Source: Azolla caroliniana
Taxonomy: Eukaryota > Plantae > Polypodiophyta
Length of the DNA stretch: 64,000 nt
Assembly: GCA_043228905.1 (NCBI GenBank)
Contig: JBHGNT010000010.1
Span: 6,634,001 to 6,698,000 of the forward strand
Reading direction: 5' to 3'
The notes beneath the pieces were generated by a model. The model saw only the letters and a list, made by a program, of their open reading frames with translations. It did not search any database and was not told the DNA's origin. Each line of letters opens with the position of its first letter. Within the stretch, counting starts at the first letter, position 1. Shown here in pieces: positions 50,501 through 62,600 of the stretch. Made by a program: the position numbers and the translations under genes.

Positions 50501-53107
50501 ATTGTTCGACATGAAGGATTTGGGCAATCTTCATTACTTCCTCGGGATCAAAGTGATCCGCACCCCCGAAGGCATACTGATTAGCCAACGTCATTACGCA
50601 CTGAATATGCTCTTCAAATTCGGGATGGCAGACTGTAAGTCCGTCTCGACTCCTCTGGATAGAACCGTCAAGCTTCACCCCAATTCCGGAAAGGTATGCG
50701 ACCCGACGAGGTTCCGACAAATTGTCGGAAGCCTTATCTACTTAACAATCACCCGACCTGATCTCAGTTATCCGGTCGGGGTGATCAGTCAGTTCATGGC
50801 GCGACCTACCAGGGAGCACCTTTAGTGTGTGCAACGCGTACTACGGTATGTAAGCGGCACTAAGGACCGGGGATTGCTATATTGGACCGGTACAACCTCG
50901 CAGTTGGTCGGTTACACCGATGTTGATTGGGCTGGCAACGCCGCCGATCGCCGATCCACGTTCGGATACACGTTCTCTCTTGGGAGTGCCGCGATAGCGT
51001 GGAGCAGTAAGAAGCAGCCGACAGTTGCATTGTCGAGCACCGAAGTTGAGTACCGAGGAGCGGTTTTCGCGACATGCGAAGCCATATGGTTGAAGCGACT
51101 ACTTAAGGACCTCCAAGAGGAGGTGTCCGATCCGATGACGGTCTACTGCGACAACCTCAGCAACATCCAGCTCGCGAAGAACCCCGTTTTCCACGCACAG
51201 ACCAAGCACATTGAGGTGCACTACCATTTTTTCCGTGGGAGTGTCCTTTCTGGTGAAGTCGAACTTCAGTATGTTCCAACGGATCGGTAGACCGCCGACA
51301 TCTTCACCAAGCCTCTTGGTCTGGACAAGTTGCGGCAATTCTTGGGTGCGCTTGGGTTGCGTCACCTCGACGTGCCGAACTTGAGGGGGAGAGATATTCC
51401 AAATGACCATGGAAGGGGGAGAGAAGACCGCGATGCCGAGTCCGATGACGAATTCGATTTCGGATCGGCTGAAGAAGCCGAGGGCGGATCCGCGGAAGAG
51501 TCCAAAAGCGGACATAAGGGGAGAAGCCGAAAGAAAGAGCTGAAGCCAACCAAGCATGGGGGAGATGACGCCGTCAAGGGTGAGAAGACCGAAGACAAGT
51601 TGGAGACAACCAACTCGGACGAGAGTGGAAACCTATTGGAGGTAGCCGAGTCGGTTCAGTTGTTTGATTCAGATACACTGAATCAACCGAGGGCCAAGCG
51701 GAAAAGAAGGCAGCAGGAGAAGCGCCAATAGCGTGACAACAATGGAGCTGTGAAGGGCCGTGGGAGCAGACAAGCCGACCGGAAGGTTCGAAGCACACGG
51801 AGTCGAATAGGCCGAGGAGTGCGAGCGAGACGTGGAGCCAGAAGGAACTGGAGCGGTGATCCGGAAGATCCGGAAGAGCCTCAAGTTGAGCTTGAGGGGG
51901 AGTGTTGAGAGACAAGCTCAACATCGGCCAGATCGACTGAGCAAGCCGAGAACTGGATCGGTTGGGACCGATCGGTTAGGCCGGATTGGTTGGAAACCGG
52001 TACGCAGACCGGTGCGTAGGAAGGCCGTATCGGTGCAAAAACCGAGAGGCCATCGGAAAGATATTCCTGAAGGAATATATTACGGAGTTAGTGTAGGGGC
52101 TCCTCAATGAGCATTGAAGTATTGTCAGTACTTCTGTCAGCCTAAAAAGGACTTGTATAAAAGTGTTCATTGAACACACACGATGTACAAATCGAGTATT
52201 ATTTTTTGAATTAAGTTCTTGTGTTTACTCTCTCTCTGTCTCTCCCGTGCGTACTATGCAAACCTAAGCTTTCCATTAAAACTGTGTTTTCTGTTGTTCG
52301 GTTTCCTATATTGCTTCCGCACGCCATTCTTTTCATTCATAACAACCTCCCCCTTCACTCCTATGGGCAGAGTTGGTTAGTCCTGTCTGCTATCGACAGA
52401 CTCTGAGTCTGTCCATTGGTAGGTTCTTTGTCAACATGTCAGATCCATTGTCGTTAGTATGGATCTTCACGAGGATAATCTCTTCTTCCTCCACTTTCTC
52501 TCGCAATTAGTGATACCTCCTCTGTATGTGCTTGGTTTGGGAGTGATATGCAACATTCTTGGCTAGATGTATGCACTTTGGCTGTCACAATGAAGCAAGA
52601 ACTCTTTTTGCTTTATTCCCAACTCCCCGAGAAAATTACTCATTCAGATAAGCTCTTTGCTAGCCTCTACCGCTACCATGTACTGCCTTTGTGGTCGACA
52701 AGGCCATATACTTCTGCAGTCTTGACTGCCATGACACTGTTCCCCCTACATAGGTCATCACGTACCCCGTCATGGATCGACTTGAGTCGACATCCGCCAA
52801 CATATCCGAATTGGTAAAACCTTCGAGCATAGGTTTTCCGACACCATACCTTAGGCATACCCTCGAGGTGCCTTTCAAGTACCTGAGTATCCATTTAACA
52901 ATTGCCCAATGTTCTCTTCCTGGATTACTCATATATTGCCTTACTGCCCCTACAACAAATGCTATGTTTGGCCTTGTACAGACCATAACATACATTAAAT
53001 TGCCGACTGCCGAGGCATATGGTACTTTCCTCATCTCAACCTTCTCTTTCCCCCTCTCAGGCATTGCTTAGCATTTAGCTTGCAGTTGGTCAGCAACACA
53101 GAGCTGA

Positions 53108-53181
53108 CGAGGTGTAGCGCAGTCTAGTAGCACATCTATTTTGGGTACAAAGGGCCATAGGTTCGAATCCTGTCACCTCGA
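53108..53181 (+). pseudogene. trnP: Mitochondrial-type tRNA-Pro(UGG) pseudogene (small NUMT) inside a Copia RT
   Basis: CGAGGTG acceptor stem pairs with CACCTCG. Anticodon loop TTTGGGT, T-loop GGTTCGAATCC. Closely resembles land-plant mitochondrial trnP (CGAGGTGTAGCGCAGTCTGGTCAGCGCATCTGTTTTGGGTACAGAGGGCCATAGGTTCGAATCCTGTCACC, from memory) with several G>A changes that break stems. Confidence 0.85.
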
Positions 53182-56100
53182 TTATTTCCGTGTACTGGGC
53201 GGGTAACCTTTCGCTAGCTTTGCTTCTGACATGTTGAACATTTCTAGGATCTTCGTCACATTTTCTATTGTGACAACAACACTTTCTTAGTTCTGTCTTG
53301 AACTATGTGCATCCCTAAGATCCGCTTTGCCGGTCCAAGATCTTTCATGGCAAACGACTTGCCTAATGCTTTCTTCAAGCTCACGATCCTCTTCGTGTCT
53401 TGACCAACTATCAACATGTCATCCACATATAATAAGAGAATTAAGAAATCACCTTCATCATACTTCTTTACGAACACACAATGATCAACCTATGTTTTTT
53501 GGAACCTATGTTCCAGCGTGAAGGACTCAAACTTCTTGTACCATTGGTGTGGAGCTTGTTTTAGACTGTACAAGCTTTTCTACAGTCGACACACAAGGTT
53601 CTCTTTCCCTTTCTCCACAAAGCCTTCGGGCTATTGCATATAGATCTCTTCATCCAACTCCTTGTGCAAGAATGTTGTCTTGACATCTAACTGTTCGATC
53701 TCATGCGCGTAGCAATGCTCAGAACAGTTCGGATGGATATCATCTTTACGATTGGAGCGAATATCTCGTCAAAGTTGACACCTTTTTTCTATTGGAACCC
53801 ATTCACCATAGTGTAGGCTTTATATCTAGTTTTGTTGTCGACTTCTCCAGTTTTCACCTTATAGACCATTTATTCCTGAGTGCTCTCTTGCATTTTGGTA
53901 GCTCCACCAAGTCATAAGTATATTTTTCGTGCAAGGAGTCCATCTCATCTTGCATCACACTCTATCATTTCTCCTTGTGCTCGTCGGTAATGGCGTTATC
54001 ATAGCATTCATGCTCACCTTCATCAGTCAAGAGGATGTATTGACTGGCATATGTGGTTGGTGCTCTCCTTTCTCTGAGTGGGTATCTTCTTCCACCCATT
54101 GTCTTTGCCGACTCTTCTCTTGGCTCGGGTTCATATGTGTCGATCAGTCGTTGAGGGTTAGACGACTTCGACTTGTAGTCCTCGATCAAGTTTAATAGGT
54201 CTGCCAACTCCGACTCTTCTGTATTTGTCGGTTGCTTCAAGTCGACCGACTTAGATTCAGCTGTGTTGCTTGGCTATCTCCAAACAATCGACTGTGTTGA
54301 TTCACTTGGACTTAAGTTGGTAGTGGTGGGGGTCGACTGAGAAGTCGATTCTGACTTCTGTTGCTTCCAATCCTCTATTGTCTTGTCTTCCAAGAAGACT
54401 ACATCCCGACTGCTCACTACCTTCTTATCGACTAAGTCTCACAGCTTGTAGGCGAACTCATCTTCCGAGTACCCCATGAAAATGCATGGTTTCGACTTAC
54501 TGTCGAGCTTTGATATCTGATCCTTAGACACATGCGTATACACTAAGCATCCGAACAACCTCAAGTGCCGGTAAGAGACGTCCTTTCCTATCCACACCAT
54601 TTGTGAGACATCAGCTTTCAATGACACTGAGGGAGACCTGTTGATCAGATAAACAGTTGTATACATTGCCTCAACCCAATAAGATTTCAACAGCTTATCT
54701 GTGACAACATGCTCCTCACTCTCTCCATAATCGTTCAATTGCATCCTCTCTGCAAGCCCGTTCAACTCAGGAGTCTTCGGCACTATGTATTCGATTCAAA
54801 TACCTTGGGCTTTGCAATATTCCTCAAACTGTGTTCTATATTTTTCACCATTGTCGGTTCGGACAACCTTCAACTTCCGACCCAATTCTCGTTCAATTAT
54901 TGCCTGGAACTCCTTGAACATTGACAGTAATTAATCCTTCGACTTGGGTACGAAAACCCATGTCTTCCTGTCCACCTCAATGCGATGGAGCAACTACATA
55001 GCACACATCCATGTGTACTAGTTCCAGTGCAACTTCTCTTCTTCTTGGTAGTCTTGTGTGGAATGTTGCTCTGTTCTACTTTTCGGCTAAGCAGTTGACA
55101 CACTTCTCCAAGTGCACTTCTTTCACTTCTAGGAGAAGTTCTTGGTCGGCTAGGATATGCATTCCCTTTTCACTCATGTGGCCTAGTCTCTTATGCCATA
55201 ACTCTCCACTCGAGTCGGCTGCCACATTCACTTCCGGCTTGCACAATCAGGCATGCATCATATACAATGTGCCTTCTTTCTGTGCTCGGCCCACTATGAG
55301 GTTTCCTTGGCAGAACTTCCACTTGCCATTTCAGAAGTTACCACTATAGCCTTCGTCATCCAACCTTCCAACCGATATCAGATTCAATTTGATATTGAGG
55401 ACATCTCGAACTTCCCGCAGAGTTAGTCGAAAACCTATTGACGCCATCAACCATACACTTCCTATGCCGACTATCTTGCACTCACCATTAAGTCAAGAAG
55501 CACCCTCTCGACAGAGTTATATGGAAAGATGCACATGAGTAGATTACCCAGGTCCACTCTTCACTTGCAAGATTTGTGCTTGCCTTCTCACAAATGAACA
55601 AGATCTCCTCTGCACTTGTAGCTACGGCCGATGTGCCCTTTTCATCAGGAATCTTCCTGGGTTCGACATCATTACCGACACCTTTGTTCTTCTTAAGGTG
55701 TCGCCATTCCTTTTGAAAGTGTCTAGGTTTACCATAGTAAAAGCATGTCAGCTTACCTTTGGACTTGGATTTGACTTATGACTTGTCCCTTCTTTGTGGA
55801 GTTCTTTGATGGTTCCTTCCTTTACCGGTATGTTGAGTCAGGTTTGACTCTGACTGGGACATGACACTTTTGTCCTTCCTCCTTGTCTCTTTGTTCAAGA
55901 TGCCGCTTGTAGGGACACGTTCTCTTCTTCTTGACACAAGGTGCTGAATGTCACCACTAGATTCTCCTAGTTGTCTGACAAGGTACACAATAGGAGGATG
56001 ACCTGCATTGCATCCTCAAGGGGAAACTTGGTTGCAACAAGTTGGTTCACATACCCCATGAATGTGCTTACATGCTCCACTATGCTTTCTCCGTCCCGGT

Positions 56101-56507
56101 ATTTCAGCCTCACAATCTTTCTCATTAAAGATGTTTTATTGAGGGCGTTCTTCCTCTCATAAAAACCTTACAGCTTCTGCCACATCTTGTAGGCATTTTT
56201 GCCGTTCTCCACATGCTGAAGGACACTTACATCGATGCACTATCTGATGGTGGCCACCACCTTTTTGTTAAGAAGTTTCCATTCAGACTCTAATGCCCCC
56301 ATGGGTATTTCTGCTATGTCGATTGGCTCGTACAGGTCTTTGACTATGAGAAGGTCTTCCATATTTATCTTCTAGTCTACATAGTTCTAAGAGTTTAGAA
56401 CTATCATACCTGGGAAGCCACTCACACCTCCTTCCATCTTTCATCTATGCTCGGATACCAAATTGTTGAGTTCGAATCGAATATTCGTGAGAAATATATG
56501 CAGAAAA

Positions 56508-56983
56508 TGTTACTAGTTAGGGTGACACTGTACCGAATCCTCAGTCCTTCGGGGTTCGGTTCAAGGGAATCATGGTTAGGGAATGAGTGAGTATGTCATA
56601 ATTGTAACTCGGGTGGATGTATGTGGGACTCGTAATGGTTATCATGATTGTGGAAACTGTGGAGAGTATTAAGACGGCTACAACCGACTCCTTACATACT
56701 TAGCCTAACAACGTACACATCTCAACACAAAAGATACACTCGACATAGATCAGAGACATAGAGTCACATAGACATAGAGAGTCAGGACAAACAAAAAACT
56801 ATATTCTAGAAATTGAATACAAGATTTTTTCGACTAGCTTTTACAAGTTTTCCATGCCCTTTATATAGAGTCCTGGGCGGTTATGCTCGGCGCGTGAACC
56901 ATTACGCTTCATCATTAACTTCGATTGTTATACCCTTCTTAATTACACTACGAACCCACCCGTCTTCGTCACTCGCCGTAACC
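56508..56983 (-). repeat. 3' LTR of an unidentified LTR retrotransposon inserted into the Tork-like 5' LTR
   Basis: TGTTAC...GTAAC terminal inverted repeat, TATA CTATATAAAG on minus (~56859-56868), purine tract AAAGGAGGG abutting on minus. Confidence 0.7.
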
Positions 56984-57089
56984 CTCCTTTGTCTTTCTCC
57001 ATTTTTACCTTTCCCACTTGGCCGTTCGATGCAGCCAACACATGGCACGCTTGTGGGACAATGCTCGCACGGTTGAATCCACAGAAAAA

Positions 57090-59343
57090 CTTTCATGCGT
57101 TGTTGAGGATGTCCAGGATGCTCGACTCCAGACAGTCTATCTCCGTGGGAACTACCGTGGGTGTTTTGGGGGGTGTTGTGGTTTGCGTCGTAGGCTTAGG
57201 TGCGAGCGGGCTGGTGGGCTCGGTCGTCTTTGGTTCGGGGGGGTTGGTGGGCTTTGTCATCTCCGGTTCAGCCTCTTGCGTCTATTCCACTTGTGGGCCT
57301 TCCTCGTCTTGGCTAGTCAGGTGCTCCCCGGGTGGCATTTCTTGTGTTGGTGCGTCGGCGACCGTTTCTTCTGCCGTGGCTCTAGTGGGTTCCGGCTTTG
57401 CCTCCGCGGGTGGGTTCGGTGTCCCATTGACCTTTGGGACTTTGTCTTTTGGTAAGTTGTGGTCTTCCACTGTGTGCTCACCGGAGTCGCTGTTTGGGAG
57501 TATGATAGTAGCCGCCCTTTTTCCTACTTCTACCTGCCTCCACTTGTTTTCGTATGCCTGGAGTTGGAGGGAGGTGTCGAGCTGTCTGTCTTTGAACTCC
57601 TCTAGCAATTACACAATCTCCTCAGAGTGGCAATAGGCCATGGTTTGATAATCCTGCGTAAGTTCCTCGTGGACCGTAGCAATGCTTTCTTCATTAAGTT
57701 TGCAGAAACCCTTACCGTCTTTCTACTGATTCTCCTGGTCGGCCCAGTACATGTGGAGCTCTAAGACCTACCTTACCCATTCGGTCCATCCTCTGTCCAA
57801 TGCCTCCTTAAGTTGGTGCGTAAATCTTTCACGGTTTGCTGCTAGGAGGATCTTTATGTGTTCCGTGTTCATCTCTATGCGCGTCCGCATCTCCTAGATG
57901 GCCGTCATGAGATTCAAAATTTTGCTTGTGTTGTAGGCCACTTGTGCTTTGTATCGTGACTTCACCTCCTGCTAGAGCTTCGATTCTTTATTGTGTAGTT
58001 CTTTGAGTTGACCCATTTCATTGTTTAATCTCACTTCGACTTCTCGCGTCATCTATTGCTCAATCTCGATTTGTTCGTCGTACCATTGACATTTTTTCTG
58101 CGCAGCCTCTCGCAGTGTTGCGATGATTCCTTCAGATCGACTGATGTCTTACTTTTACTTATTGAGCTCTTCGGTCGTTTGTTTGTGAGCTATGATTTCT
58201 GCGTCCAATTTGTCTTGAATCGCCTTCATGCCCTTTCTTGTCTTGGCCCGGATATCCATCTCTCAATCCAACAATTGTCAGAGTTCGGAGTGGAGTCTCC
58301 CGATCTCTATTTTGGCGAGTTCCATCGCTTTTTTCGCTTTGGCCGCTATCGCTATCTGAGCTTCGACCTCCTCATTGAGTTTTTGTATTTTGGGTGTGAG
58401 AGAGGCTGCAACGTTGTTTGAGGCTGTGGTTTCTTGTAGGTAGCGCTCTAACTCCGCGATCTGAATCTAGGCCTCTTCCAATTGTTGCTTCACGAGTTTT
58501 TCAGCCTTCCTCACTGTCTTGTTTTTACAGACCATGTCCTTTGCTCCGTTTCGGACCATGGCAAGTTCCCTGTGTACCTCTACTAAGGGGATGTTTAATG
58601 GGGGAAGCTTGATTCCCATATGACCTTCACGTTACCATACAAGATGTATGGGTGATTGATAAGTGTGAATGTGGTTGATACAAAGAGGTGTGAGTGAGTG
58701 ACTAGGTGTGAATGCCAAGGGGGCTTGCACCCTTGTGTATCTACCCCTTTGTACCTATTTAACCCCTTATGGGGAATGAATGAAAAGAATGAACATTTTC
58801 TCTCTCAATCTCTCTCTCTCTTGCCATCTCTCTCCCCTTACGTTGAACACCTTGGGAGGGGGGTGGAGCCATTCTAGGCACCACCCCCCACCCCGCAATG
58901 CTTCTCAATGTTTGTCTTGTTCTTCATGATCTCTCTCACCATTATACTCTCCATCATTTTCATTATTACACCATTACCATTCATCCTCATCCTCTACCCT
59001 AACCCTAAAAAGTATAACACTTCATTTGGGCTCCGCATCTGACCGCTTTTGCTCAGCGCGCATTCGTCTTCTTTTTCTGCTATTTCAGCCAGAGCCCGCT
59101 CGATCATTTACCTTTCCACATGTTCCTCCATCATGCCTTGTGAGACTTTGATTTTCTATGTTGCCAAGAACTCCATGATTTTGAAGGAGGTGACGAATTG
59201 GAGCAGGGCCGTGAATTCATGGCCCACAACTGGCATCTCTGGGTATGCCATTACGACATTATCAGGCGTGAGGAGCCCTTTGCCTCTTTCCGTATTCCCG
59301 GTGAGGGTCAATTGAGACCGCGGAATTTCTTCAAACACTTGTG
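57090..59343 (-). pseudogene. Degenerate long coiled-coil plus Pro/Thr-rich ORF lying just upstream of that 3' LTR (retroelement extra ORF)
   Basis: Collinear minus-strand fragments 59156-59338 and 57282-57608 and E/K/Q/R-rich frames between them. Interrupted by a non-coding insert at ~58590-59019. No gag or pol motifs. Confidence 0.55.
58590..59019. other. Non-coding insert (LTR- or MITE-like remnant) splitting the extra ORF
   Basis: Abrupt compositional change, CT-rich stretch, AACCCTA motifs, ends ...AGTATAACA. The left boundary is uncertain. Confidence 0.4.
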
Positions 59344-59648
59344 TGTCAGAACCAGGAGAAAAGATAGAGTGACAGAATAGCCTAGAGATAGGTTCCTATA
59401 GAATAGCCTAGAGATTTCTATAATTTTCTATAATGTTCTAGACCTAGAATATTGTGAGATGTTCTAGGATATTCTAGAATGTTCTAGATTATTTACAATA
59501 ATCAACGTATTACAAGAAGTAGTTTTTATCAACGTATTACAAGAAGTAGGCTATCTTAATGGTTAGGTTCTTGATTATGTATTACAAGGTCTTGAGTTCA
59601 TGGCCAAGTGAAGCCATGATATTTATGTATTCATGTTTGAGAATGACA
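59344..59648 (-). repeat. Short LTR-like unit (TGTCA...TGACA) adjoining the chromovirus 3' end
   Basis: 305 bp with terminal inverted repeats and repeated TTCTAGAA-type motifs. No clear PPT or TSD, so its assignment to the chromovirus is inferred. Confidence 0.6.
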
Positions 59649-62600
59649 AGTGGTAGGTGGTGTGTTAACAATGTAGGGCCTGCTTTGTTTGGATATCGGT
59701 GATGGAAGTCGTCGACAAGAGCTTGAGCATTAGAAACATTATTAACGGGTTCCCAAGTGCGATCACTCGGAGGAGAGCCTACCCAATAAACCAGATAATA
59801 GAGCTTATTTCACACAATCTTAGAGAATAGCAACTGCCTCGTATTCGGGGTCGTCAACAAGTTGGAGAGAGGGCGGAGGTGGCACAACACGATTAGGAAT
59901 GGAAGAGGTGCGACAAGGTTCCAAAAGAGAGCTATGAAAGACTGGGTGAAGCCGCATGTGTGCTGGAAGATTAAGATGGAGAGAGGGCGGAGGTGGCATG
60001 ACATGATTAGGAATGGAAGAGGTGTGACAAGGTTCCAAAAGAGAGCTATGAAAGACTGGGTGAAGCCACATGTGTGCTGGAAGATTAAGACGAAAGGTTG
60101 CATCATTAATCCGCGTAGTGATGAGAAAAGGACCTAAGCGTTGATAATCGAGCTTCTCACATGGCTGGGTAGTCTTGATGTGATGACGAAGCAACCATAC
60201 CTGGTCACCAACCTTAAAAGGAGACTTAAGATGATGGCTTATGTTGTGCTTGAGTTGTCTGAAGATGTGAAGATAGCGCTAACTGGATTCGTGTAGTCGA
60301 TGAAGGTGATGCTCAACACTAGGGTTTTGTGAGACCTTGGGAAGATCCAAGATACAACATCGAGGATGGTTGTTGGTGTAGGCAAAGAAAGGTGCAACCT
60401 TGGCATAAGAGTGTACCGTGTTATTGTATGCAAACTCAGCAAGATGTAAAATGTTACTCCAATCATCTCGTTGATAACTGATGAAGCATCGGAGATACTT
60501 CTCGAGCGTTTGATTCGTGCGCTCGGTTTGTCCGTCGGTTTGTGGATGATAAGCCGAAGAGATTTTGAGGCCTGTCCATAGGTGCTTCCAAAAGTGAGAG
60601 ATAAATTGAGGACTATGATCGATAATTATATCGTCTGGAAGACCATGATGGCGAAACACTTCATGCATAATGATATCTGCGGTTTCCTGAGTACTGATGT
60701 TCTTTACACATGGTAAAAAATGTGCCATCTTGGTAAATTGATCCACTACTGTTAAAATAGTATCAAAGCCTTTTCAAGGTGGCAGATCCGTAACAAAATC
60801 CATAGAAATAGACGACCATGGCTTGGTTGGAGGTAGTAATGGTTGTAATAAGACATAAAGATGATGCCTGGGTATTTTGGCTTGACAACTGATGTCACAT
60901 GTACGAACGTAATCTTCGACAAAGTTTTGCAAATGAGGCCACCAAAACAAGTGCTTCACCAACTCCATGGTCTTGGAAATACCAAAATGTCCAGCCATAG
61001 GGGCATCATGACAATGCTCTAGCCTCTAATACTTGAAGGCAGGGTGATCCATCAGAGACGTAAAGGAGATTCTTGTAAAAGAGTAAGCCATCTTGCCACT
61101 TGAAGTCCTGATAGTGTTGAGATGACCCTTGCAATGTGGAGCAAGATGTATGGCTTGGACTAATGTGGGCCAAGCCATCCTTAGCGAAATCATCAGAGTG
61201 AAGTCGTTGCCGAATAGTATCAACAAGGTGTGAATCAAGCAACGTGGCATAAACTATTGTTGCTTGCAGTTTTGATGGTCCTAGGAGAATTTGCTTTTGA
61301 TTGTCGAAGGCCAGATCTCCAGGTCGAGGTGCAAGATAGAAGTTAGCAAATCCGAGGAAACATCGGACGTCTCAAATCGAACGTGGGGGTTGCCATTCCA
61401 GTATTGTTTTGACTTTTGCTGGATCCATGAACATACCCTTGGATGAACTAGTATAACCCAAGAATTCGACTTGTTCGCTATCAAAACTGCACTTCTCAAG
61501 TTTGGCATACAGACCATACTTTCTTAAGCGTTCAAGTACTTTCCGGACATGTATATCATGCTCCTCCTGTGTTTTAGAGTAAATCAACAGATCATCTAAA
61601 TAGATGATGAAAAAGATATCTAGAAAATCCCGGAAAATGTCATTTGCCATATGTTGGAAAACTGCGGGGGCATTTGTGAGCCCGAAAGGCATGACTATAT
61701 ACTCGAAATGACAATACTGAGTGCGAAATGCAGTTTTCCACGCATCTCTTGGTTGAATGCGAACAAGATATTATGCACCCCTTAAATCAATCTCTGTAAA
61801 ATGGTTTGCTCCACCAATGCGCTCTAAAAGACTAGAGATTAAAGGTAGAGCATAACTATTTCTTACGATGACTTTATTTAATCCTCAATAGTCCACAACC
61901 AAATGAAGCAAACCGTCCTTTTTCTTCACAAAAAATATAGGAGCATTGACTGAAGACTTTGAATGTCGAATAAACCCATGTGCAAGATTCTCCTCGATGT
62001 ATTCTCGAAGAACCTCAAACTCAGTTGGTGATAGATTGTAGATCGAACCCCACGATGGATCTTTTCTTGGTTGGAGGTCAATGGGAAAGTTGTACGGCCG
62101 ATGCTTTGGATGTACACTAGCTTTGACTTTGTCGAAAACATCAACATATCCTTGATATTTTTCAGGAATTTGGATGTCTGAATTCCCTTGAGTGGCACTA
62201 GAGGGTGTCATTGATATTGCAAATAAGAAAAGTTCCTCCTTTCCTTGCACGTGGGACAATTGTTGCAATGTGATTGTTGAGATTTGATGAAAAGGAGATG
62301 GTGCACTGGTAGAACTATATTCTTTAAGAGAATAGTCATGGGTTCGATCCTTGGCAATGATGTTTTTTGCTGAAGGGCACCAAATTTCTCGCCTCCTCCA
62401 ATCGATTCATGGATTATGTAGCTCGAACCATGGCAAACCAAAGACAATTGGATGCTCAGGGCTACGGGTTATGTTAAAGGAAACTACACATCCTAAATCA
62501 CCTAAGAGTATGTGTATTGGCTCAGACTCTTCAAATATCTTCCTGGAAGCTATGGGACATCCATCAATCACTACTATGGAAACAATGCAAGGAAGGGTAT

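Larger units (their letters stand above)
41778..52335 (+). mobile_element. Copia family A element with both LTRs, hosting a Tork-like insertion at 42687-48178
   Basis: LTRs 41778-42212 and 51903-52335. PBS TGGTATCAGAGCGCG at 42213. PPT TTGAGGGGGAG before 51903. TSD TTCCT/TTCAT (1 mismatch). Gag 42295-42686, then PR-IN-RT-RH 48179-51390 with stops. Confidence 0.93.
41102..56507 (-). mobile_element. Old degenerate Tnt1/Tork-like Copia; both LTRs are interrupted by younger insertions
   Basis: 3' LTR = 41102-41777 plus 52336-52344. PPT at ~52345-52358. Decayed gag-pol at ~52356-56437. PBS TGGTATCCGAGC (~56449-56460, minus). 5' LTR fragment 56464-56507 repeats TGTTGAGTTCGAATCGAATATTCGTGAGAAA of 41102. 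Confidence 0.88.

Noticed and set aside
53108-53181. Functional nuclear tRNA-Pro gene
   Set aside because: It is organellar-type, has stem-breaking substitutions and no poly-T terminator, and sits inside a dead RT.
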